Virus record (IMG/VR): IMGVR_UViG_3300031957_002643
Location: 248,001-312,000 of that record
DNA: 64,000 bases
Strand: one strand, 5' to 3'
The stretch's first letter is position 1. Every line of letters begins with the position of its first letter. This document shows positions 1-9,395 of this stretch, piece by piece. A program made the translations under genes and the position numbers. The notes beneath the pieces are model-generated. The model searched no databases and had not been told where the DNA came from. It saw only the letters and a list, made by a program, of their open reading frames with translations.

Positions 1-27
1 GTGTGTTTGAATTCGAGAGGATCACAC

Positions 28-1173
28 ATGTACGGACTTATTATTGCTGTCGGGCTTCTTATTCCGATTATTGCAAAAGTTGTTTTCCACCGTAATATTA
101 CCATTCTTGAAATGGTGATCCAGATCACGGTCGTTATGGGTCTGGTCATTGGTGGTTACAATATCGCGAAGTGGGGTTCTCTTCAGGATACCGAAGTTTG
201 GAATGGTGCGCTTGTCAGCCACAACCGTGTCAATGATTCTCATATGGAATCCTATTCGTGTAATTGTCGAACTGTGTGTTCTGGTTCCGGCAACACCAGA
301 TCGTGTTCGACACATTGTGATACCTGTTGGCGTCGGCGGTATACGGTTGACTGGTATTACAATACCACGATTGGGAATTTCAGCGTTGGTCATCGTAACT
401 CTTTGAGCAGTAGTGTTCATCGCGTTGCTGATCCTGCACACTTCGTAGATGCATGGGATGGAATGCCGGTCAGCCGTGAACATGGATACACAAATTATAT
501 CCTTGGTGCTCGTCGTTCTTTGTTCAATGTTGATGGTACGATCATGGATCGTTGGGAAGATATGATTCCCGAATATCCCCGCGTGTATGATTACACAGAA
601 ATCGACCGTGTTGTTCCGGGTGGATATGAGACATTCCCCAACATGTCATTCGTCCGCGAACTCGATGAAGAACTGGACAACTGTCTTCGGGAGCTTGGAC
701 CAGAACAACAAGTCAATATCGTTGTGGTTCTTGCGAACTCACAATCGTCCAATTATGCCGACGCACTCGAAATGGAATGGAGTGGTGGTAAGAAAAATGA
801 TGTCATCGTGGTTATCGGTGCTCCGAATTATCCCGAAATTGCATGGGTCGATACGCTCACCCTTGCTGGGAACTTCGGCAACACACTGCTCGTTGACGCC
901 ATGGCTACCAGTCTGAATCAGATCGGTACACTTGAAGACGCACAGCTTATCTCTGAAACCATTCAGAATAACGTGCGTGAACATTTCGAACGTGTTCCGA
1001 TGGAGAATTTTGAATATCTCCGTTCGGAAGTTCGTCCAAATCCATGGGTGGTATGGACTCTGATGGTCGTATCCATTCTGGTTAGCGGTGGACTTACCAT
1101 CCTGTTCCAACGCTATGACATCAGCATCGAAGCATTCCGTAATCGCGGATACCGTCGCTATCGTCGCTGGTAA
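28..1173 (+). CDS. Membrane protein with N- and C-terminal TM segments and a TPM-like periplasmic domain
   Basis: ATG at 28 after GAGG; hydrophobic termini; Cys-rich CNC..C..C..C segment; GGKKNDVIVVIG motif typical of TPM-like domains; adjacent to a LemA-like gene. Confidence 0.55.
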   Translation: MYGLIIAVGLLIPIIAKVVFHRNITILEMVIQITVVMGLVIGGYNIAKWGSLQDTEVWNGALVSHNRVNDSHMESYSCNCRTVCSGSGNTRSCSTHCDTCWRRRYTVDWYYNTTIGNFSVGHRNSLSSSVHRVADPAHFVDAWDGMPVSREHGYTNYILGARRSLFNVDGTIMDRWEDMIPEYPRVYDYTEIDRVVPGGYETFPNMSFVRELDEELDNCLRELGPEQQVNIVVVLANSQSSNYADALEMEWSGGKKNDVIVVIGAPNYPEIAWVDTLTLAGNFGNTLLVDAMATSLNQIGTLEDAQLISETIQNNVREHFERVPMENFEYLRSEVRPNPWVVWTLMVVSILVSGGLTILFQRYDISIEAFRNRGYRRYRRW

Positions 1174-1201
1174 GATTCAACGTGCTAGGAGGTAATACAC
1201 T

Positions 1202-1762
1202 ATGAATCGCACTCTGCTTGTAATCGGCGCTGTTGTTGGCGTCACTGCTATCACCATGGTTGGTGGATACATCGGCACCTACACTTATGCTGTCGAGACC
1301 GAAGAAGAAATTCGGGCTGTATACGAGAACAATGAAAACGTTCTGGGACAGTTCTATCAAGAAGTGAACGAAAGCTCACAAGTCGTGCAGCAATTCACTT
1401 CCGACTACCGCGATGTCATGACGGACATCGTTCAAGGTCGATATGGTGATGATGGCATTCGAGGGCTGGCAACGTGGATCAATGAATCCGGCGTCGAACT
1501 CGATCCCCAACTGTATACCGATCTTCAACAGGTCATCACACGTGGTCGAAATGATTTTCGTGACAATCAGACGCGCCTGATCGATCTTCGTCGTCAGTAT
1601 GCTACGCATCAGCGTGGCTTCTGGAACCGAATGTTCTATTCCATGATGGCCGAACCGACATTCGACCTCGATACGGAATATCTTCCGATCCGTGTTCGCG
1701 AAGCTTCCGAAGTCTTCGACTCCGGTATCGAAGAAGAACGCCAGATTTTCAATCGAAATTAA
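1202..1762 (+). CDS. LemA-like membrane-anchored helical protein
   Basis: N-terminal TM helix then helical domain (QLYTDLQQVITRGRNDFRDNQTRLIDLRRQY) resembling LemA; SD GGAGG. Confidence 0.55.
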   Translation: MNRTLLVIGAVVGVTAITMVGGYIGTYTYAVETEEEIRAVYENNENVLGQFYQEVNESSQVVQQFTSDYRDVMTDIVQGRYGDDGIRGLATWINESGVELDPQLYTDLQQVITRGRNDFRDNQTRLIDLRRQYATHQRGFWNRMFYSMMAEPTFDLDTEYLPIRVREASEVFDSGIEEERQIFNRN

Positions 1763-1788
1763 TTTTTCGATTTGAAAATTAAAAATTG

Positions 1789-1819
1789 AAATGCCCCGTG
1801 GTTCGCTGCGGGGCATTTT
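1789..1819 (+). terminator. Rho-independent terminator
   Basis: AAATGCCCCG...CGGGGCATTT hairpin followed by T run. Confidence 0.8.
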
Positions 1820-1914
1820 GTTTAAATTAAGGCAACAATTCTTAAAGAAGTCTAAATGGTATCATCATGAGAACAAACTCTTAGGTTATAATTATAACCA
1901 TAGGAGATGTACCA

Positions 1915-2340
1915 ATGAAAACTCTTTTGATCGCCACGATGGTTGCCTTGTCTGGAACTTCTACTCCGACGACTGCCGATTCGAGTGACTTCATGCGGTT
2001 TGAACAAGAAGTCAATTCGATCAACGCAGAAATGATGCGGGCCTATGGTTATGATCCTGTTCGTATCGTTTTCGTTGATGATCTGACTTCGGTTTCTGAC
2101 AGCACGCTTGCGGCAACTCGGTGTCAACATGGAGAATGTTACATTGAGTTCCGGTACTGTGTTGCTGGCATCCGTGACATGACTCGTCCGACAATCATTG
2201 CTCATGAAATTGCTCACGTGATCAATGCGTATGAAAATCGCATTTATGATCATGGCCGTGAGTGGGCTGAAATCGTTTCGGATGCGGGTTATACGGTCAT
2301 GCCCGATTACATGCATCGGATCACTCGCGCGTGTTCCTGA
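1915..2340 (+). CDS. SprT-like zinc metalloprotease with signal peptide
   Basis: HEIAH plus downstream HGREW motif; N-terminal signal-like segment. Confidence 0.7.
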   Translation: MKTLLIATMVALSGTSTPTTADSSDFMRFEQEVNSINAEMMRAYGYDPVRIVFVDDLTSVSDSTLAATRCQHGECYIEFRYCVAGIRDMTRPTIIAHEIAHVINAYENRIYDHGREWAEIVSDAGYTVMPDYMHRITRACS

Positions 2341-2368
2341 ATAAAATGCAGTAAAATGCATTTTATTG

Positions 2369-2397
2369 TTGACTCTTGGGATACACCCGTCTATAGT
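2369..2397 (+). promoter_or_regulatory. Sigma70-type early promoter
   Basis: TTGACT-N17-TATAGT. Confidence 0.75.
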
Positions 2398-2408
2398 ACA
2401 AAGCATAG

Positions 2409-2690
2409 GGAGTGACGGCGACGTTACTACTGAAAAACACAGAGGAGAAAACGTTCACTACTCCACAGTTGAGGGCAGTGCAGAAGTATTAGGTAAATGG
2501 TTCCGAAGTATTTCGCAATGTCTCAGTTCGCCGTAAGGTGTGAAAACAGGCAAGACCAGATGACAATGTGAGCCTGAATTGAGAAAACAACACTGACTAA
2601 GAAACTGCAATGAAACGAACGTGACTGGCAAGAGAGTTGCCAACCCGTAATACCGAAGGGGCGGATGCGATGTCAAGCAGACCGCCCCTT
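2409..2690 (+). ncRNA. Candidate structured ncRNA (~280 nt), family unknown
   Basis: No plus-strand ORF after the promoter; AGTGACG-GCGA-CGTTACT and CGCC-GTAA-GGTG GNRA hairpins; nested ACGTTC/GAACGT, CAGTGCAG/CTGCAATG and TCTCAGTTC/GAATTGAGA pairings; terminal AAGGGGCGG/CCGCCCCTT stem. Confidence 0.5.
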
Positions 2691-2712
2691 CACCTTTTGT
2701 AAATAGATATAT

Positions 2713-2797
2713 GGAAGATAGGTGCACGGGGTGCTAACGGGTTTCGAAAGCCCGCCCGACCTCACGGTCGATGGTTCGAGTCCATTATCTTCCGCCA
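2713..2797 (+). tRNA. Allo-tRNA-like tRNA-Ser(CGA), 8/4 fold
   Basis: GGAAGATA/TATCTTCC 8-bp acceptor, ATGG/CCAT T-stem with TTCGAGT loop, CGGGT-TTCGAAA-GCCCG anticodon arm, long variable arm, G73, CCA. Confidence 0.8.
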
Positions 2798-2851
2798 TTA
2801 TCTGTTGACATGCCCAAATATGTCCTATAAGTAGAATACACAAGCCTTATA

Positions 2852-2927
2852 GAGCCGGTGGCGGAGTGGCTAACGCGGCAGCCTGCAAAGCTGTTATTCG
2901 AGGGTTCGAATCCCTCCCGGCTCTCCA
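2852..2927 (+). tRNA. tRNA-Cys(GCA)
   Basis: Cloverleaf, loop CTGCAAA, U73, CCA. Confidence 0.92.
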
Positions 2928-2931
2928 ATTT

Positions 2932-3019
2932 GGAAGGGTGGCTGAGTGGCTTAAAGCGGCGGTCTTGAAAACCGTTGAACCGAAAGGTTCCGGGGGTTCG
3001 AATCCCTCCCCTTCCGCCA
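2932..3019 (+). tRNA. tRNA-Ser(TGA)
   Basis: Cloverleaf, loop CTTGAAA, long variable arm, G73, CCA. Confidence 0.95.
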
Positions 3020-3032
3020 AAATCTCATCGAT

Positions 3033-3509
3033 ATGCGAAATACATTAATCAAAGAATCAACCGAGTATGGATACTGTTGGATGATGAATGGTCGTAAGCA
3101 CCATCCATCTCAACCTGCATCTGTAGGATATGTTCCGTGCTCCAAACTTCTAATCGAGGAATGGTTCCTTAATGATTTGCGCCATCGATTGGATGGGCCA
3201 GCGGTTATTCATTCCGATGGACATAAAGAATGGTGGGTAAATGGTGAGAAGGTTCGAGTTGAGCTTTCTCCTGCGGAAATTGATCGTATTCGACACAACA
3301 AATTTCTAGAACGGCAAAAAAGATTACACAGAACATGCCCGGTCACATGGGAAACTTACGGTTCCAATCTGAACCAGAACTCATGGTTGATTCAATTTTT
3401 GAAATGGTTCAATGACAATGTGCATGACATCAAGTTCAATAATCGTGTAAACAACAAGTATATCAATAATCCAAACTATCAAAAATTCCATAGAAAAAAT
3501 AAACGTTGA
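3033..3509 (+). CDS. Hypothetical protein with HRLDGPA motif
   Basis: ORF track; [22 protein letters not shown] repeat-type motif common in large viruses. Confidence 0.6.
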   Translation: MRNTLIKESTEYGYCWMMNGRKHHPSQPASVGYVPCSKLLIEEWFLNDLRHRLDGPAVIHSDGHKEWWVNGEKVRVELSPAEIDRIRHNKFLERQKRLHRTCPVTWETYGSNLNQNSWLIQFLKWFNDNVHDIKFNNRVNNKYINNPNYQKFHRKNKR

Positions 3510-3556
3510 CATAGTATTTGTAGTATAGTATCTTTCCGACAAAGGAGATAACTCAA

Positions 3557-3967
3557 ATGTCTACTCAGCTCGCAGAAAAAATTGCAGATGTACTCTGTCT
3601 TTCCATTATCAATGACGTACTGTCTGGCAAGGACTCGCTGAAACGCGCTATGACGTGTGCCGCGTATCCAATCATGTCAATGATCTATGACGCCAAGCGA
3701 GAAGAAGCCAAAGAAGACCAGAAGAACAACCCGACGCACAATTATCCGATCTATGGCATCGGCAAGACAGCACGCGATGCATGTGAGAATTGGGCATCAA
3801 TGCATCGTGACCGTGGTGTCATTGAAAATTTTGAATTCGAGACTCATCTTCTCAATGAGGCAAAAGGCGATTATGATTGGGAAGCGACCTTCACCGCGAA
3901 CGGCACCAGTATTAAAACTGCCGGGCGGTTTATCGAAGGCGCATTCATTATGACATGGTGGAAATAA
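3557..3967 (+). CDS. Hypothetical protein
   Basis: ORF with SD AAGGAG. Confidence 0.65.
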   Translation: MSTQLAEKIADVLCLSIINDVLSGKDSLKRAMTCAAYPIMSMIYDAKREEAKEDQKNNPTHNYPIYGIGKTARDACENWASMHRDRGVIENFEFETHLLNEAKGDYDWEATFTANGTSIKTAGRFIEGAFIMTWWK

Positions 3968-3968
3968 A

Positions 3969-4337
3969 ATGGCAACTATGAGTATCGACGGTAAAATCTA
4001 TACCGGAAACAACATCAACATTATCAATGGGGATGTTTACATCGATGGCGTGAAACAAGACCCGATGCCGGGAATTTCAAACCGTCCCAATATCGAAATT
4101 ACCGGAAATGTTGAATCTGTCGCAGTGGATGTCGGATCAGTAACGGTAAAAGGAAACGTGACCGGTAATGTCAAGGCTGGTGGTTCCGTCAATTGTGATG
4201 CTGTTGGTGGGGATGTCCACGCCAGCGGATCAGTTAATTGCGATGAGGTTGGCGGTTCGATCAATGCCGGTGGATCGGTTAACTGTGATGACGTTAATGG
4301 AAGCGTCTCTGCTGGTGGGAATGTGAGATACGGATGA
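3969..4337 (+). CDS. Beta-helix repeat protein (bactofilin/polymer-forming cytoskeletal-like)
   Basis: Tandem (A/S)GGSVNCDxVGGxV repeats. Confidence 0.55.
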   Translation: MATMSIDGKIYTGNNINIINGDVYIDGVKQDPMPGISNRPNIEITGNVESVAVDVGSVTVKGNVTGNVKAGGSVNCDAVGGDVHASGSVNCDEVGGSINAGGSVNCDDVNGSVSAGGNVRYG

Positions 4338-4521
4338 TTAATCGTTATCTTTTATTTGCATACGATTATGCATGTGGTGGGTGGGACGATTTCGTTGATT
4401 CGTTCAATACAATTTCTGATGCCAAACAGCATGCAAAAGATGATGGACTGATTGATGATGGGATTACGGTATATGTGATCGATATCTCAGATGGTTCGAG
4501 AATCGATCTGGATAATCCAGC

Positions 4522-5073
4522 ATGAAAATTATCTTTCTAGATATTGACGGACCAATGATTCCTGATCAAGTGTCATTGCTCCCGAAGAAAGAACGATTCC
4601 CGTTGAAGAAAACAACGGGGTTCCCGTATCATTCTAAGTTCTCTCCGTATTCGATTGGCTTCATTCGTCAGTTGGTCACGACATATGATGCGAAAATAGT
4701 GACATGTAGTACTCACAACCATTATGGAGACATGCATATCCTTGATCTGTTTGCGATTAATGGAATGCCTCGATCATGGTTGCATGAAGACATCATGACC
4801 GAATTTCACAAACCGGGAACTGGTTGCAAGGAACGCGATGTTGCGTGCGTGAGATGGCTTCTTGGTAATTTGGACATTTGTGATGGCTTCGTGATCATTG
4901 ATGATGCCTTGGAAAACGAATATGATGAAACTTTGTGGGAATGGGGCATTAAAGCATCATATCAGCATGGTCTCGTGCCAACACAACTAAGAGAGGCCAG
5001 ACAAATCATGTTCAACCGAAAAAAGACGGGTTTCACTATGGATGACATCGAACTTTTTCAAAATATCCTATAA
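4522..5073 (+). CDS. HAD-superfamily protein (RNA-repair-type HAD domain)
   Basis: IIFLDIDG motif I and FVIIDD motif. Confidence 0.7.
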   Translation: MKIIFLDIDGPMIPDQVSLLPKKERFPLKKTTGFPYHSKFSPYSIGFIRQLVTTYDAKIVTCSTHNHYGDMHILDLFAINGMPRSWLHEDIMTEFHKPGTGCKERDVACVRWLLGNLDICDGFVIIDDALENEYDETLWEWGIKASYQHGLVPTQLREARQIMFNRKKTGFTMDDIELFQNIL

Positions 5074-5080
5074 TGGGTGT

Positions 5081-5509
5081 ATGAATAATGCTCATGTACA
5101 AATCGAATGCAATGACACAAAATTATTTTTAAGTTCCGGCTATGCCTTTGGAGCTAAACACAATTTTGGAGAGAAATTGTTTAAATACCTTCTAGAGAAA
5201 GTTGCTGAAGGTGTAGGTGATGAGGTCAATGTTCAGTCTTTATATCATTCGGTGAACGATGTTGTTAGATGGTTGCAGGATAACGGTGGAATTTATTTTC
5301 AGTCGTATCCCGAAAACATGGGCCACTATTGGTATCATATCAAAATTCATCCAGATAATTGGGGAATTGAGGTTCGCTACGTTGAGCGTGATTTTCATTT
5401 TCAACGAAACGGTGATGATGATTGGTTGGAAGAACCAGATCATGCCCTAAATAAAAGACTCTTGACAAGCGATCCCGTGCTTGTTATTGGAAAACAAATG
5501 CCATCATAG
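5081..5509 (+). CDS. Hypothetical protein
   Basis: ORF track; start trimmed to ATG at 5081. Confidence 0.55.
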   Translation: MNNAHVQIECNDTKLFLSSGYAFGAKHNFGEKLFKYLLEKVAEGVGDEVNVQSLYHSVNDVVRWLQDNGGIYFQSYPENMGHYWYHIKIHPDNWGIEVRYVERDFHFQRNGDDDWLEEPDHALNKRLLTSDPVLVIGKQMPS

Positions 5510-5575
5510 CTCAGTTGGTAGAGCGCTTGATTTGTAATCAAGATGTCCGGGGTTCGACTCCTCGTGGTGGCACCA
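5500..5575 (+). tRNA. tRNA-Thr(TGT)
   Basis: Cloverleaf, CTTGA-TTTGTAA-TCAAG, CCA. Confidence 0.95.
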
Positions 5576-5595
5576 TTTCTTTATGGGAATATATC

Positions 5596-6018
5596 ATGAC
5601 ATACGAAGAAGCCATGCAGCTAAAAGATAAACTTTTAGTTTCTCTGGATGATTTGGAAATTGGTGACACAGTTTGGATCATGGATTCAAAATCCAATATC
5701 AATACGAGAACAAAGAAAACCATCAAAATTGATGGGGAAGAATGGTACCGTTGGGAATCTCCTATGTTTACGTATACAATTACTGAAATGAAATATGCGG
5801 GCCGTCTGAAAACACATTTTGAACAATCAAATCTTGATCCCAAAATTGTAAAATTTCTTTTAGAGGAATATGAGGACCCGCTTGAGGATGTTTACTTGAT
5901 GACTCCAGCAAATGGTTCTGTTATGAGCGATATGTGGGCATCACAGCTTTGGAATGCTTCCACCGATAAAAAAACTATTGTCGAAATAATGGATGCATTA
6001 AACAACAAATATGATTGA
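5596..6018 (+). CDS. Hypothetical protein
   Basis: ORF; start moved to 5596 outside the tRNA. Confidence 0.6.
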   Translation: MTYEEAMQLKDKLLVSLDDLEIGDTVWIMDSKSNINTRTKKTIKIDGEEWYRWESPMFTYTITEMKYAGRLKTHFEQSNLDPKIVKFLLEEYEDPLEDVYLMTPANGSVMSDMWASQLWNASTDKKTIVEIMDALNNKYD

Positions 6019-6346
6019 TGTAATTGATATGTTTGAACATGAACTCATCCCAGAATTTAGAAAATTCATCTCATCTCTTCCTTATACTGGTGAACATTAT
6101 GAGGATGAAAGCAATGATGAGCCATATGGATATCAGGACCATCCACCGTCATATGATTTCAATAAGGAAATCATGGAACCATGCGAAAAATGGAAAGATG
6201 GGCTTTTAGCAATCCGATGCGATGATAATTTTTGGATTTGTGCAATCATTCCATACAAATTTAAAGACGTTCCAACAATGCAGATAATCAATGAACTGTG
6301 GCCGTCTATTGAGTCGCCAGAAATCTTACCGGACGAAGTTGTATGA
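6011..6346 (+). CDS. Hypothetical protein
   Basis: ORF overlapping the previous stop. Confidence 0.55.
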   Translation: MIDVIDMFEHELIPEFRKFISSLPYTGEHYEDESNDEPYGYQDHPPSYDFNKEIMEPCEKWKDGLLAIRCDDNFWICAIIPYKFKDVPTMQIINELWPSIESPEILPDEVV

Positions 6347-6474
6347 TTAAATGGCTGTTTGATAAGAACCACAGAGTAAGATTGTTGTTGGTGGCTATGG
6401 GTTTGTCTCCTGCGGTCGGTGCAATATTTTTGATTTTGATTTCTAGACTTTGACTTTTTCAAATAAATAAGTTC

Positions 6475-6822
6475 ATGAAAGAACTTACTCTTGCTGTAAG
6501 GCACGAAAATCATTTAACTTTTGCCGAGTTCGATGCAATCGGAAACATTGCTCGCTGGAAGATCGGCATAGATGTGAAACATCTGAACGGGGCGTTTGAT
6601 GATGACCTTCCGTTCACTACAGTCCTTATTGTCGGCAAAGAGGAAGTTGACGGCATCGTCAAGTGTTCCATTTTTGACACATTCGATCTGAAAGAAGAAG
6701 TTGGATCGGAAGCGACAAACATTATAAACGCACCGGGATTTTCATATTATGCCGGTGAAATTCTGTCCATGTACATGCAAGAGAATGGATACATCAAAGA
6801 GGATACCGAAATCCTGCATTAA
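6475..6822 (+). CDS. Hypothetical protein
   Basis: ORF track; follows TAAATA. Confidence 0.55.
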   Translation: MKELTLAVRHENHLTFAEFDAIGNIARWKIGIDVKHLNGAFDDDLPFTTVLIVGKEEVDGIVKCSIFDTFDLKEEVGSEATNIINAPGFSYYAGEILSMYMQENGYIKEDTEILH

Positions 6823-6866
6823 GTAGTTGACGGATCAAAATATAACCCTTATAGTAAAATCAACAT

Positions 6867-6942
6867 GGCCCCGTAGCTCAGCGGTTAGAGCAGATGCCTC
6901 TAAAACATTTGGTCGTGGGTTCGAATCCCACCGGGGCCACCA
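6867..6942 (+). tRNA. tRNA with CTA anticodon (amber suppressor type)
   Basis: 76-nt cloverleaf; standard numbering gives GATGC-CTCTAAA-ACATT, so U33 precedes C34-U35-A36; C31.A39 mismatch; CCA; own promoter upstream. Confidence 0.8.
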
Positions 6943-6960
6943 AATTTGTAAGGCTTGAAG

Positions 6961-7233
6961 ATGTCTAATACGCTTACCATCGAAGAATATATGAAGGCAC
7001 AATCCCTTAAGTGGTGGGGTCTGTTCCCTTCTAGTAATTCAGGTCTTTCCGATCTCAAGCAAGAATTAATCACCTCCAAGAACAAGTACGGTCGCTTTAG
7101 CGCCACAAATGATGGAATTTTCATCTGCGATTCTGATTGCTTCTCACAGCTTTGTGAGTTTGCCAAAGAGCAAGGTATCGAATGCGAGATGAAAATTTAT
7201 GGTGAGATTCAAACAAGATTCCCCTTGACGTAA
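6961..7233 (+). CDS. Hypothetical protein
   Basis: ORF track. Confidence 0.55.
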   Translation: MSNTLTIEEYMKAQSLKWWGLFPSSNSGLSDLKQELITSKNKYGRFSATNDGIFICDSDCFSQLCEFAKEQGIECEMKIYGEIQTRFPLT

Positions 7234-7253
7234 GGGTATAACTACTGTATAGT
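7225..7253 (+). promoter_or_regulatory. Sigma70-type promoter upstream of the amber-containing PTH2 gene
   Basis: TTGACG-N17-TATAGT. Confidence 0.75.
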
Positions 7254-7282
7254 ATCAGTATTGGTCAGCAAAGGAGAAAGAA

Positions 7283-7708
7283 ATGACCTAGATCACTCGT
7301 GAAGAAATTCTGGAACGCAATGCGAATGACGTTTCGGATAACAATCTGTATATGTATGCTATCATTCGCAAAGACCTTGATATGCCTCCGGGAAAATTGG
7401 CTTCTCAAGCCGGTCATGCCTTCACTGATTCTCTCAGTGCCGCATTAGACCAAGACCCTGATCGCTACCACAACTACCGTCAAGGCGGTGGTGGTTCCAA
7501 AGTGGTCCTCAAGGCAAAAAGCGATCTCCAACTCATCAACACGTATAATCGCATTCTCGAACTCGGTATTCCGTGTGCGATGATTGTCGATCAGAAGCAC
7601 GTGATGCCTCCCCACTTTGACGGTTCTCCCGTCATCACGGCGCTGGGCATTGGTCCGTGTTATCGTGATGAGGTCCATCAAATCGTCAAAAAATATGGGT
7701 GCGTGTAA
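7283..7708 (+). CDS. Peptidyl-tRNA hydrolase PTH2 family, with in-frame TAG at codon 3
   Basis: AAGGAGA SD then ATG ACC TAG ATC..., in frame (69 nt) with the 7352 ORF; MYAIIRKDLDMPPGKLASQAGHA PTH2 motif; the 7352 ATG has no SD. Confidence 0.75.
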
Positions 7709-8298
7709 TGTGTAAGGATTATACGAAACTCAAGTCTCTTGACGAACTTGGCTGTGCGATGATGAAATGTCAGCAGACCAAGACACAGGATGTGTTGGAA
7801 CACGGTTATTCCATTCACAATTACTTCCGCGATCTTAAAGATCACATTCTTTATGGTTCGGAACTGCAATACGAATGGAAACTACCGGATTGGATTTATG
7901 AAGAAAATCTCTGGGACCAACTTTTGGATTACCAGACGATCCGATCCTATCACATCTATCATGATTGTGGTAAGCCGTTCTGTCGATACGTTGACGATGA
8001 GGGAAGACAGCACTTCCCAAACCATGAAACCATCTCTGGCCAAGTGTGGCGACACATTGGGGGTGATGAGCAAATCGCTCGGTTGATGGAAATGGATATG
8101 GATATTCATCGCCTTCGTACTGATGGTGTTGAAGAATTCGCGTCCAGACCGGAAGCGGCAACCCTTTTGATCACTGGTTTGTGTGAAATCAATTCGAACG
8201 CTCGAATGTTCGGCGGTATTCATTCTACCAGTTTCAAAATCAAATATAAAAATTTGGCCAAGTATGGTGGTCGAATTGCTGAACGTCTTTGTGCGTAA
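7708..8298 (+). CDS. HD-domain phosphohydrolase
   Basis: YHIYHDCGKP motif; TAATG coupling to the PTH2 gene. Confidence 0.65.
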   Translation: MCKDYTKLKSLDELGCAMMKCQQTKTQDVLEHGYSIHNYFRDLKDHILYGSELQYEWKLPDWIYEENLWDQLLDYQTIRSYHIYHDCGKPFCRYVDDEGRQHFPNHETISGQVWRHIGGDEQIARLMEMDMDIHRLRTDGVEEFASRPEAATLLITGLCEINSNARMFGGIHSTSFKIKYKNLAKYGGRIAERLCA

Positions 8299-8381
8299 CT
8301 GGAAAGCCCTCAGAAATGGGGGCTTTTCTTTTATTCCCAATTGATGTAAGTATTCATGGAGAGAATAAATGGAGGAACAAA

Positions 8382-8864
8382 ATGTCTTTTCGATTAAAGA
8401 AGAAGCCGGTATTCAAGCCGTTGGAAGAAATTGTATTAAGTGTTGAGCTTGATTATGGCGACACCGTGCTTTGGGCTATTGATGAATTAAAAGAACAGGC
8501 TAGACGCCGTTCTGAAGATCGCTTTTTTTGTTATCAGTTGATCATCCCAGATGATTTGGATTTGTCAAAACTGATATGCAGATCAGAAACAGATTATTAT
8601 GAAGGGTACAGTTCTCTTGTCCTTTCATATGGGTTTCAACCTACTGGAAAGATTTTGGAAGAGCACGAAGCTCGGTTTGAGAAGAAATTGGCCGAGTGGG
8701 AAAAGTGGAAAACTGAAAACCGCGATCTAATCAAGGCGGAAATGGAACGCCGCGAGCTTGCGAAGGAAAAAAGAAAGCAAACTCAGAAAGAAAAATCTGA
8801 AGCTTTGAAAAATGAAAAGATCAAAAAGTTGGAAGCTGAGATCAAACAACTCAAAGCCTCATAA
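8382..8864 (+). CDS. Hypothetical protein with C-terminal coiled coil
   Basis: SD GGAGG; K/E-rich C-terminus. Confidence 0.6.
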   Translation: MSFRLKKKPVFKPLEEIVLSVELDYGDTVLWAIDELKEQARRRSEDRFFCYQLIIPDDLDLSKLICRSETDYYEGYSSLVLSYGFQPTGKILEEHEARFEKKLAEWEKWKTENRDLIKAEMERRELAKEKRKQTQKEKSEALKNEKIKKLEAEIKQLKAS

Positions 8865-8905
8865 GTATTTGTGTTCTTTCTGAATATGTGCTATCATGGG
8901 CATAT

Positions 8906-8979
8906 GCCGGTTTCGTCTAATGGCAAGACACCTGTTTCGTAATCAGGGAATAGGGGTTCGATTCCTCTATCCGGCACCA
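8906..8979 (+). tRNA. tRNA-Thr(CGT)
   Basis: Cloverleaf, loop TTCGTAA, CCA. Confidence 0.9.
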
Positions 8980-8990
8980 TGAGGTTTGAA

Positions 8991-9395
8991 ATGAGCGACT
9001 TGAAATTAAAATTGTTCATCCTACAAGATGCAGAGTTTACAATCGAAACTCTGATCAAGGCACATCGGCATTGCGTCAAAAACAAATCATGGTTTGATGC
9101 AGAGGATGTCATGATTGTTGATGCATTGTATCGAGCAGGTCTTGTGCACCGTTCTGCCGATCCTAATTCAACCATGATCAGAACTCATTCTGATACTAAG
9201 GAATTTTTCGTCGATCTGGTAGAACGTGCGACACTGGATGAGTGCCATCCAATCAATCTTACAGATGATGAAATGAACGAATATCAAAATACCAAGAAGG
9301 CTCACGCAATGGGCATTGCCCTTGCTGAAGCTCATGAGATTCGTAAAGAGGCACGGGCTAATGCACAAAGACTAGCCGCAAAAGGAAATTCATAA
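8991..9395 (+). CDS. Hypothetical protein
   Basis: ATG at 8991 with GAGG SD. Confidence 0.6.
   Translation: MSDLKLKLFILQDAEFTIETLIKAHRHCVKNKSWFDAEDVMIVDALYRAGLVHRSADPNSTMIRTHSDTKEFFVDLVERATLDECHPINLTDDEMNEYQNTKKAHAMGIALAEAHEIRKEARANAQRLAAKGNS

Noticed and set aside
6867-6942. Reading this tRNA as Arg(TCT)
   Set aside because: That register puts C at position 33 and breaks the anticodon stem; standard numbering gives U33-CUA.
6940-6960. Theta/HDV-like ribozyme 3' of the suppressor tRNA
   Set aside because: The sequence after the CCA is AT-rich and runs straight into an ORF; no nested pseudoknot was visible.
8979-8991. ORF start sharing the A of the tRNA-Thr CCA end
   Set aside because: An in-frame ATG at 8991 has a GAGG SD and is the more likely start, so no special overlap mechanism is needed.
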